Shown here piece after piece: positions 7,558-14,589 of a stretch of DNA of 27,015 nt. Location of the stretch: contig CAZYQG010000001.1 in NCBI GenBank assembly GCA_964649785.1, positions 1 through 27,015 of the forward strand, given 5' to 3'. The position numbers were made by a program, and so were the translations under genes. The notes under the pieces are model-generated. The model was given only the letters and a program-made list of their open reading frames with translations. It did no database searches and was not told the origin of the DNA. This DNA is from Candidatus Woesearchaeota archaeon. GTDB lineage: Archaea > Nanobdellota > Nanobdellia > UBA10117 > ARS21. Numbering within the stretch: the stretch's first letter is position 1; every line of letters starts with the position of its first letter.

Positions 7558-8193
7558 ATGGGCATAAAGACAATTGGTCTTGAAGGTGTATCTTCTGTTG
7601 GAAAGACAACACTACTTTCAAAATTGAGTAATCATTTTGAAATTATCCCTGAATTTACTGAAGCACCCAATTATCTCAAAGGTATTGAACTGCATAAATA
7701 TTTTCTTGAGATGAATCATTCTAATCTGATGAAAGATAACCTTAACTCTCATAGCGAGGTACTGTGTTTTGATAGAACAATTGTTTCAACTATTATCTAT
7801 ACTTTTGTTCTTGATAAATTAAACAATACTAATTATTTTGTGCAGTTGGTTGAAGATTTTCCTGAACTATTAATTTATCCAAAATATTACCCACAACTAA
7901 CCATTCTACTTGATATTGATCCAATTAACACTTCAGATAGAATCATGAATAAATTTAAGGAGTCTACTTCCGATTGGAATAATCCTGAATTTCTAAACTT
8001 ATTTGATCAAGGTATCAAGTATTTTGTTGAGAATATTCTTCCGAGTGATTATGCTATTGTTGAAACTTCAGGAAAAGATATTAATGAACTCTTCAAAGAA
8101 TGTAGCGAATTAATTGATAATTTTGAGGCAAATCGAAAGAGTTTTGAACCTGTAACGCCCGAATTATTACTCACGCTGGAGGAAATCCTATGA
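7558..8193 (+). CDS. Thymidylate/deoxynucleoside-monophosphate kinase-like P-loop kinase; start reassigned from 7483 to 7558
   Basis: IGLEGVSSVGKTT Walker A, IIPEF, and FDRTIVSTIIY (DR motif of the TMPK/dNK family). The 7483 start would overlap the GT9-like start head-to-head. Confidence 0.78.
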   Translation: MGIKTIGLEGVSSVGKTTLLSKLSNHFEIIPEFTEAPNYLKGIELHKYFLEMNHSNLMKDNLNSHSEVLCFDRTIVSTIIYTFVLDKLNNTNYFVQLVEDFPELLIYPKYYPQLTILLDIDPINTSDRIMNKFKESTSDWNNPEFLNLFDQGIKYFVENILPSDYAIVETSGKDINELFKECSELIDNFEANRKSFEPVTPELLLTLEEIL

Positions 8194-8891
8194 CAATAAA
8201 GGCAGTAATCTTTGACTATTGGAATACGCTTGCAATGTGTTCCGTAAATGAGGAAATATTGTTGGATTCTGCTAAGAAAGTTCATGAATTTCTAGTATCA
8301 AAAGGCTACAACATTTCATTTGAAGACTATTATAATCAAAGAGAGAATAAGTTTTGGGAGTATGAGCATAATGCAATATATACTGATAGAGAGTTAACTC
8401 CTGAGGAAAGTTTTAAGAAATTTATTTTATCTGGATTTGAAATATCTGGAGAAGATATTGCGGAAGTTATAAAACTTAATGAGATTCATGACCATAAGTC
8501 AGTTATTAGAGAAGAACTTGAAGAATTGCTCATTTATCTTAACTCAAAAGGCATTAAATTAGGAATTATTACAAATGCATGGCATCGCATGTGTAAACGT
8601 GAACTTGAAGATCAAGGGCTACTAAAATATTTTGATAGTATTATAATGTCTTGCGAAGTAGGTTATCGTAAACCTGCCAAAGAGATATTTGATATTTCTT
8701 TTCAACAGCTCGGAGTAAGCGCAGATGAATGTATTTTTGTGGGTGATTCAAGCAGAGACGATATCTTTGGTTCGATTAATGCGGGAGTTAAATTTGCAAT
8801 AGGAATAGAGCCATTTGACAAACGAGATATAGACCCTCTTCCTCATAAAATAATTAATAATCTTTCTGAGATAAAGGAGTTTTTAGATTAA
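8190..8891 (+). CDS. HAD-superfamily hydrolase, subfamily IA (nucleotidase/phosphatase-like)
   Basis: FDYWNTL (motif I, second Asp replaced by Trp), IITN (II), RKP (III), VGDS..DD..G (IV). ATGA-coupled to the kinase. Confidence 0.9.
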   Translation: MTIKAVIFDYWNTLAMCSVNEEILLDSAKKVHEFLVSKGYNISFEDYYNQRENKFWEYEHNAIYTDRELTPEESFKKFILSGFEISGEDIAEVIKLNEIHDHKSVIREELEELLIYLNSKGIKLGIITNAWHRMCKRELEDQGLLKYFDSIIMSCEVGYRKPAKEIFDISFQQLGVSADECIFVGDSSRDDIFGSINAGVKFAIGIEPFDKRDIDPLPHKIINNLSEIKEFLD

Positions 8892-9938
8892 TTAAAGCTT
8901 AACTAAGAAGTCATAAACTTTTTTTGCTACTTTAGTTGTAGAATATTTATTAGCGTTTTTTATTAAGATTGTTCTATTTATTTTATTACCTTTTTTGAAT
9001 CTTGAAATTTCTTTTGCAAAACTTTTTTTGCTGTCTTTGAAGTATAGCGCAGTATTGTCAAGAATTTCTCTATTTAAGGGAATATCAAACACTAAAGAAT
9101 TGGTACCACAAGCGTGTGCTTCCAATGAGCATCTTGGAAATCCTTCAAAATTGCTTGGATGTATATATAGATCCGAAACTTGATAAAATTTAATGAGATC
9201 TTTTTCTGGAACAAATCCAAGATTGAAAGTATTTACATTGTTAAATTGATATCCTTCATCTATTTTTCCAATTTTTACTAGAATAACGTTATCCAAATTA
9301 GTTATAGAGTCAAGAAGAAAGCCCAATCTTTTTCTAGGTTCAGAAGTTCCAACATTCAAGCACAATAAGTGATTATTATTTGTAGGTATGCCGTATTTTT
9401 TAAGTAATTTGTTCTTAATTCCTTTTTTATCCTTCGTTAGTGGAGTGAATTCTGAAGTATTAATCGGGCTCCCAGTTAGCAATACATTAATTGGATTAAC
9501 TTTTAGTTCTTTTACTATTATGTTTTTTGAGTATTCAGATAGAGTAAATATTTTTTTTGCATATTTAACATATCTGTAGGCAACAATATTTATCATATTA
9601 AATAGTATCCTGCCCCCAAAGTCGCTTTTTTCAACTGAAGAACTACTTTTTGTCCTGAAATCGTGAATCATTAGAATTGCATTCTTAATCGGTAAAATTA
9701 AGAGATAGGAAAAAAGAATATCTTGTAGAATAATTGTTTTTTTAAGATTAAACATTAGTAAGATTGGTAAGTATATAAATCTATAATATATATTGTAAAG
9801 CAAATTTCTGTAAACAGGTTCAATGACTCTTATCTTCACACTTTTCTTGAGCTTATTAATTATTAATTTACTGTGGAGTTTTGAGGCATAGTCAATTTTT
9901 CCAGAAGATAGAACCCAAATTATTTCCTCTGTTTTCAT
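8892..9938 (-). CDS. Glycosyltransferase family 4 (GT-B, retaining)
   Basis: VGTSEPRKR, DLYIHPSNFEGFPRCSLEAHACG (E-x7-E motif) and FDIP..REIL. Confidence 0.9.
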   Translation of the reverse strand: MKTEEIIWVLSSGKIDYASKLHSKLIINKLKKSVKIRVIEPVYRNLLYNIYYRFIYLPILLMFNLKKTIILQDILFSYLLILPIKNAILMIHDFRTKSSSSVEKSDFGGRILFNMINIVAYRYVKYAKKIFTLSEYSKNIIVKELKVNPINVLLTGSPINTSEFTPLTKDKKGIKNKLLKKYGIPTNNNHLLCLNVGTSEPRKRLGFLLDSITNLDNVILVKIGKIDEGYQFNNVNTFNLGFVPEKDLIKFYQVSDLYIHPSNFEGFPRCSLEAHACGTNSLVFDIPLNREILDNTALYFKDSKKSFAKEISRFKKGNKINRTILIKNANKYSTTKVAKKVYDFLVKL

Positions 9939-9982
9939 AAAAGATTACTGACAGTATGAACTTTTATTGTTTATTATTTAAC

Positions 9983-10007
9983 ATTATAAAATTTGTTTAA
10001 TTATTTC
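9983..10007. repeat. 25-bp perfect direct repeat, right copy; encodes the last 7 residues and stop of the shikimate-kinase-like gene
   Basis: Identical to 5250-5274. Minus strand GAA ATA ATT AAA CAA ATT TTA TAA T = EIIKQIL*. Confidence 0.95.
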
Positions 10008-10535
10008 TTCCACAATTTCATCCGGACTTTTTGTTCCAACATAGATTATATTTTTTGTAATATCCATTATTTCAGTTTCAAATCTTAAATAATCCTTTTT
10101 TACTTTTTCTTCCAATTCAGAAGAAGGAGCATCAATGAAATGCGCTCTATTTCTTTCTCTTTTGAATAAGAATTCAATACTTTCTTTGTTATTCTCAAAA
10201 GGCAATAGCGCAATAACTTTTGAATTATTTGTTATAATTTCAATTATTTTTTTACAGATTCCCAATTCAGTACCTTTTGTATGAGTAATTGTTCCACCTG
10301 CGAGATCAAGGATAATTTTATCCTTAGATAAAACTCTTTCAATAACATTAACTGCCCGTTTCATAATCAGCAAGTCTTTTTTATCATTCATTGATTTAAC
10401 GAGCCCACCGTGATCCTTCATTTCAAGATTCATAAGTTCGTCAGATTCATTATGTTTGTAACTAAGTCGTTTAGCTAAGAGTTTACTAACTGTTGATTTT
10501 CCTACTGATCGCGGACCTATAACTGTTAAGTTCAT
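9984..10535 (-). CDS. Shikimate-kinase-like P-loop kinase (substrate unknown)
   Basis: GPRSVGKST Walker A, SDELM, LDLAGGT (cf. SK GGG motif) and a lid-region Arg. Confidence 0.72.
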   Translation of the reverse strand: MNLTVIGPRSVGKSTVSKLLAKRLSYKHNESDELMNLEMKDHGGLVKSMNDKKDLLIMKRAVNVIERVLSKDKIILDLAGGTITHTKGTELGICKKIIEIITNNSKVIALLPFENNKESIEFLFKRERNRAHFIDAPSSELEEKVKKDYLRFETEIMDITKNIIYVGTKSPDEIVEEIIKQIL

Positions 10536-10547
10536 TGTTATTACCTA

Positions 10548-10574
10548 CTAAAGTATTTTCTTAATTATTTCGTC
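10548..10574. repeat. Degenerate third copy of the repeat, forming the ftsY 3' end
   Basis: TTAATTATTTCGTC (10561-10574) is identical to 5264-5277. Over the last 9 codons, 21/27 nt match the left copy (DEIIKKIL* vs DEIIKQIL*). Confidence 0.75.
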
Positions 10575-11459
10575 GGCGCTGAATTCTTTCAAATCTTTGT
10601 ATTCTTGACCAATTCCTAAGAAAAGTATTGGTTTTCCAGTTTCGTGTGCTACTGAAATTATTGCTCCACCTCTTTCGTCAGCGTCAGCTTTTGTCAAAAT
10701 TACTCCATCAATGCCAATTTTTTCTCCAAAGAGTTTTGCTTGGTCAACTGCGTCATTTCCAGTTAAAGAATCAACAACTAGAATTGTAAAATCTGGTTTA
10801 GATACTCTTTTTACCTTTTCAAGTTCTCGCATCAAGTCTTCGTTTGCGTGACTTCTTCCTGCAGTATCTATTAAAACATAATCTAGTTTCTTTGCCTTTG
10901 CATGTTCAATTGCGTCGAACGCGACTGCTGCAGCATCAGAACCATAACTATGTTTTATTAGATTGATTTTAAGTTTGTCAGCGTGTGCTTGAATTTGTTC
11001 AATTGCTGCTGCTCGGAAAGTATCACCTGCGGCCATTACTACTTTCTTCTTTTTCTTTTGAAGATGCGATGCAAGTTTTGCAAGAGTTGTTGTCTTACCA
11101 ACACCATTAACTCCAACAAACATTATTTTGATTGGTTTGTCGCCTTTGTAAATATCAATTGCCTCTGCTGAGAGAATTTCTTTTAATTTTTTCTCAAGAG
11201 TTTTCTTTAGTTCTTTTGGCTTGGATTCTTTTATTGTTTCCTTTAATTCTTCAGTTACGGAATAAGCAACATTATTTGTCAACAATTCTTCTTCAAGCTC
11301 TTCTATAATTTTTTTGAGTTTAGATTTTTCTAAATTCTTAACAACATTTAATTTTGATACAAAAGAAGGTTTCTTTTCTTTCTTTGCTACAGGTTTTTTT
11401 GTTTCCTTCTCTACATTTTTTCTTACTTTTGAAAAAACAGATTTTAGACGCCCTAACAT
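10548..11459 (-). CDS. ftsY: Signal recognition particle receptor FtsY
   Basis: GVNGVGKTTT, DTFRAAAIEQ, DTAGR and TKADAD..GG. GAGGT Shine-Dalgarno upstream. Confidence 0.97.
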   Translation of the reverse strand: MLGRLKSVFSKVRKNVEKETKKPVAKKEKKPSFVSKLNVVKNLEKSKLKKIIEELEEELLTNNVAYSVTEELKETIKESKPKELKKTLEKKLKEILSAEAIDIYKGDKPIKIMFVGVNGVGKTTTLAKLASHLQKKKKKVVMAAGDTFRAAAIEQIQAHADKLKINLIKHSYGSDAAAVAFDAIEHAKAKKLDYVLIDTAGRSHANEDLMRELEKVKRVSKPDFTILVVDSLTGNDAVDQAKLFGEKIGIDGVILTKADADERGGAIISVAHETGKPILFLGIGQEYKDLKEFSADEIIKKIL

Positions 11460-11485
11460 ATTTTACCTCTAATTATGAGTTTAAA

Positions 11486-11875
11486 TTACTTGTTTTCCTG
11501 CATAATTTCTTTTTGTATATTTGTTTGGAGTTCAATAATTCTTGATTGAAGTTTGTTTAAGTTCTCAATAGTTTCCTTTTCTACTTTTTCCAGATTTTCT
11601 TTTTGAACCTTTACAAGTTTTTGAATTTCAGACTTACTTTTTTCTACAAAGTTTCCTGCACCCACATTTACCATGAATTTCAATTCGTCAGTAATCTTTA
11701 CGTTGTAATAAATTCCTGCACCGAGAGGAGTAAGTACTTTCTTATCTTTCTCAAGATTCTTTATTGTTTCAACTAAATGTTCCACTTCCATTTTTTGTTT
11801 CTGAAAATGTTGTAAATCTGATTGAAGTTTCTGCATTTGCTGCTGAATCATCTGAAATTCCATTTGTTCATTCAT
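11486..11875 (-). CDS. pfdA: Prefoldin alpha subunit; start reassigned from TTG 11887 to ATG 11875
   Basis: Coiled coil - LTPLGAGIY...VNVGAGNFVEK beta hairpins - coiled coil. Position between eif6 and ftsY. Confidence 0.9.
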   Translation of the reverse strand: MNEQMEFQMIQQQMQKLQSDLQHFQKQKMEVEHLVETIKNLEKDKKVLTPLGAGIYYNVKITDELKFMVNVGAGNFVEKSKSEIQKLVKVQKENLEKVEKETIENLNKLQSRIIELQTNIQKEIMQENK

Positions 11876-11876
11876 T

Positions 11877-12560
11877 TTATTTACCAATAAATCCTAGACT
11901 TTCGTCAATTCTACCGATTTCGAAACCAGATGAATTGCTACTTACTAGGAATCCGTTTGAGTTTGCGATTACACCAGAGCTCACAATTGAACTTCCAGTA
12001 CTAACTGTTCCAATTCCAACTTCAATTTTTAATAATTTTTCAAGTTCCTTTACACTTGGATCTGAAGTTATTGATCCGAACATTCCACCTTTGTTTGTTA
12101 GAATTCCGTATGCTCCTGGAACATTGCTCTCTGCAATTTTGATTTTCTTAACTTTAACATTTAATTCAGCTTCAATATTTTTTAATTCAGTAGATGAGAA
12201 ATCATCACTAATAATTGCATGTTTGTCATTTACTAGAATAGTATTACCTAATGCAGTATGAACTGTTTTGAATTTTTTAACCTCAACAATTCCTTTCAAT
12301 TGTTTTTTTAACGATTCAAATTCTTCATCGAAAATTATCTCTGGAACTAACAATACGTTTTTGTTTGCAACGCAAAATATTCCTGCGAAAGGTGTTCCGT
12401 AAATTTTTGAAGTGATCACTGGAACTTGAAGAACTTCTTTCAATAGTTCTGTTTGCTTCTTGTTCAATTTTTCGCCTAGAAGAACAAAAGAATCTGTTGC
12501 TACTGCGTACAGACCAATGTTTGGATCTCCTTTAAAATTTGTTTTGTCTACGTGAACCAT
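11877..12560 (-). CDS. eif6: Translation initiation factor 6 (aIF6)
   Basis: GDPNIGLY, ALGNTILVND, GSSIVSSGVIANSNG and GFEIGRIDESLG. Confidence 0.95.
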   Translation of the reverse strand: MVHVDKTNFKGDPNIGLYAVATDSFVLLGEKLNKKQTELLKEVLQVPVITSKIYGTPFAGIFCVANKNVLLVPEIIFDEEFESLKKQLKGIVEVKKFKTVHTALGNTILVNDKHAIISDDFSSTELKNIEAELNVKVKKIKIAESNVPGAYGILTNKGGMFGSITSDPSVKELEKLLKIEVGIGTVSTGSSIVSSGVIANSNGFLVSSNSSGFEIGRIDESLGFIGK

Positions 12561-13043
12561 TTATTCCTTCTTTTTAGATTTAGTTGAGGATGATTTGGTT
12601 TTAGTTTTTGTTGCGGAAGCTTTCTTTGTTACAGGTTTTTTTGCCGGTGTTTTCTTGGCTGTAGTTTTTGGTTTAGTTTCTTTCTTTGCTACTACTTTCT
12701 TCACTGGTTTTTCTTCCTTTTTCTCTTCGACTTTTTCTGGAAGTTCTGTTGGTTTTGTTTCTTCCTTCTTTGCTTTTCGAGGAAGTTCTGAAAGTTCGAC
12801 TAATACATAATCGTCTTCCTTCTTTACGTCAACTCTAACTCGTGAAGGAGGGTTTTTTGCGCCTCTCTTCCAAATTGCTTCATTAAGCCATCTGCCAACT
12901 TTGACATCTTCAGCTTTTGCGTGTTGAACTACAAAACTTCTGACTGTGTTTACTGCCTTTTCAGCCCTTCGCCATCGTGCAGTCTTAAGAAACTCCTTTC
13001 TCAAAGGAATTGTGTATGTCCGTGTTTCTCCAGCCTTCATCAT
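12561..13043 (-). CDS. rpl31e: 50S ribosomal protein L31e with ~70-aa Lys/Thr-rich C-terminal tail
   Basis: YTIPLR, RRAEKAV, LNEAIWKRG..NPPSRVRV. Confidence 0.95.
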   Translation of the reverse strand: MMKAGETRTYTIPLRKEFLKTARWRRAEKAVNTVRSFVVQHAKAEDVKVGRWLNEAIWKRGAKNPPSRVRVDVKKEDDYVLVELSELPRKAKKEETKPTELPEKVEEKKEEKPVKKVVAKKETKPKTTAKKTPAKKPVTKKASATKTKTKSSSTKSKKKE

Positions 13044-13045
13044 TT

Positions 13046-13222
13046 TTATCCTCGTTGAATATTACCTTTCCGCCATCTTCGTTTCTTTGATGTTGCTGCG
13101 GAAGGATGAACTCTTCTACCTACTCCGAATTTCTTTGGAATAATCCAGAAAGGTGCCCATCTAGTTTGGCGACCTGCTGTAATTAATCGATTTTTTCTGC
13201 CGGAAGGTTTTCTTGAACTCAT
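13046..13222 (-). CDS. rpl39e: 50S ribosomal protein L39e, 58 aa (not in ORF track)
   Basis: Hand translation: MSSRKPSGRKNRLITAGRQTRWAPFWIIPKKFGVGRRVHPSAATSKKRRWRKGNIQRG*. Shows the P.W, HP and RRWR signature. ATGA overlap with the rps19e stop; directly upstream of rpl31e. Confidence 0.92.
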   Translation of the reverse strand: MSSRKPSGRKNRLITAGRQTRWAPFWIIPKKFGVGRRVHPSAATSKKRRWRKGNIQRG

Positions 13223-13647
13223 TTTGCTTTCCTCATTTGAACTGCAGTTTTGTCAAGTAGAGATTGCCCTTTTGGTGAGATAATTCTACCTTTGTTTACA
13301 GTTTGTGATTGTTGAACTAGACCAGCTGTTTCAAGCTGTTGTGTGATTTTTCTTAGAATATTTCCGGAAGCTTTTGTAAATTTAGAAGGTTTTCGTCCAC
13401 GGTTTTTGCTCCCACCGTATCGAGAACGCATTTTTGAAACGCCCACTGGACCATGATTATAAATATTTTTTAGAACTGATGCAGCTCTAATGTGCCACCA
13501 TTCTGGATTTGCCGGAGGTCGCATTCTATGGTTTCCGCTCTTAACGAATTTTGCCCATTCTGGAGGTGAGATTTCTTTAATTTTCTTGAGTTCTCCAGCT
13601 AGTGCGTTAATTGCTTTTTCCGGGTTGATATCATTGACTGATGCCAT
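13219..13647 (-). CDS. rps19e: 30S ribosomal protein S19e; start reassigned from TTG 13656 to ATG 13647
   Basis: PPEWAKFVKSG, WWHIRAASVL, GPVGV..MRSRYGG, GNILRKITQQLE..GLV and GR.ISPKGQS.LD. Confidence 0.97.
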   Translation of the reverse strand: MASVNDINPEKAINALAGELKKIKEISPPEWAKFVKSGNHRMRPPANPEWWHIRAASVLKNIYNHGPVGVSKMRSRYGGSKNRGRKPSKFTKASGNILRKITQQLETAGLVQQSQTVNKGRIISPKGQSLLDKTAVQMRKAK

Positions 13648-13667
13648 GTTTATCAACGGGATATCAG

Positions 13668-13683
13668 TTTTAAAAACCTTTTG
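13668..13683 (-). promoter_or_regulatory. BRE/TATA-like promoter of the rps19e operon
   Basis: Minus strand CAAAAGG-TTTTTAAAA at -29 to -21 from the ATG at 13647. Contains the TAA stop of the upstream membrane gene. Confidence 0.6.
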
Positions 13684-13996
13684 ATAAGAGTCCAGCGATG
13701 ATGAAAATAAGTGCTTGTGTGCTTGCTTGTTTCAGTGCAATTCGAGGGTTTTGGTTGGTTGTGTTTAAAGAGGAGTAAATTAACAATATTGCAAAGATAG
13801 TTAGCAAAATTGTGTTTGAAGGATTTGGTCCAATTGAGATTCCTGCCAGTGTTGCAATAATATATCTAAATCTTCCAAACTCTTGCTTGGTTTTGTTTCT
13901 GAACCAAACGAATTCAGATCTTGCTATTCGATTTAGTAAGAATCCTAAGAAATATGCAGTCGAAATCAATAGGATGATTATTAGTCCATTTAGCAT
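13670..13996 (-). CDS. Hypothetical membrane protein (about 4 TM segments)
   Basis: ATG-started 108-aa ORF with alternating hydrophobic stretches; fills the gap between rps19e and the HemK-like gene. Confidence 0.7.
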   Translation of the reverse strand: MLNGLIIILLISTAYFLGFLLNRIARSEFVWFRNKTKQEFGRFRYIIATLAGISIGPNPSNTILLTIFAILLIYSSLNTTNQNPRIALKQASTQALIFIIAGLLSKGF

Positions 13997-14029
13997 ATTT
14001 TTTATAGGAGACTTAAATTTAAAACAATA

Positions 14030-14554
14030 ATGAAATTGAAAGATTCAGAGCATGTTTATTCTCCTCGTGAGGATTCAAAATTGTTACAACGTGTTGTTGA
14101 GGACTACATGAAAAAGTTCAAACCTAATCGAGTTTTGGATATGGGAACGGGTTCTGGAATTCAAGCAATAACTGCTAAGAAATCTTATGCAAATGCTGAA
14201 GTATTTGGTGCAGATATTAATCCAATGGCTATCGATTTAGCTACTGAAAATGCTAAATTTAATTCTGCGGAGATTAAGTTTTTTGTATCTGATTTATTTG
14301 AGAGATTTCAAGATCAGAAGTTTGATTTGATTATTTTTAACGCACCATATTTACCTCCTGAACCTCCGCTTGATCCGATTTGGAGCGGTGGAGAGAAATT
14401 TATTCTCAAATTTATTAAATTGGCGCGCGAACATTTAAATCACAATGGAAAGATTCTATTTGTTTATTCTTCAAAATCTCCAGTTAAATTCAAACATAAA
14501 ATCATTGCTGAAGAGAAAGTATTTTTTGAAACACTCTATGTTGCTGAGGCGTGA
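14030..14554 (+). CDS. HemK2/PrmC-like protein-glutamine N5-methyltransferase (putative aRF1 methylase)
   Basis: VYSPREDS.LL, VLDMGTGSGIQA and DLIIFNAPYLP (NPPY-type motif). Confidence 0.87.
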   Translation: MKLKDSEHVYSPREDSKLLQRVVEDYMKKFKPNRVLDMGTGSGIQAITAKKSYANAEVFGADINPMAIDLATENAKFNSAEIKFFVSDLFERFQDQKFDLIIFNAPYLPPEPPLDPIWSGGEKFILKFIKLAREHLNHNGKILFVYSSKSPVKFKHKIIAEEKVFFETLYVAEA

Positions 14555-14557
14555 TAA

Positions 14558-14572
14558 GGTTTATATTAAACC
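14558..14572 (+). promoter_or_regulatory. TATA-containing 15-bp palindrome upstream of the ncRNA candidate
   Basis: GGTTTA-TAT-TAAACC; its TTTATATT core lies about -30 to -23 from position 14590. Confidence 0.5.
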
Positions 14573-14589
14573 TGTGTCTTCTTGATTTA

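Larger units (their letters stand above)
5250..10007. mobile_element. Direct-repeat-bounded, AT-rich accessory gene cassette (genomic islet, no recombinase visible)
   Basis: 25-bp perfect repeats lie exactly at the edges of a visibly more AT-rich block of five non-core genes that interrupts core translation/secretion genes. Confidence 0.75.

Noticed and set aside
8190-8891. GmhB (heptose bisphosphate phosphatase) to complete an ADP-heptose pathway with the GT9-like gene
   Set aside because: This is a capped HAD-IA type with DYWNT, not the DxDGT/Zn-binding HAD-IIIA GmhB type. No gmhA/hldE/hldD in the window.
9976-10003. Canonical dif site
   Set aside because: Only one arm resembles XerD-type arms, and the inverted halves are 10 rather than 12 bp apart. 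Kept only as a weak hint.
11764-12261. 165-aa plus-strand ORF
   Set aside because: Lies antisense to eif6/pfdA, has no recognisable motif and no ATG/promoter support.
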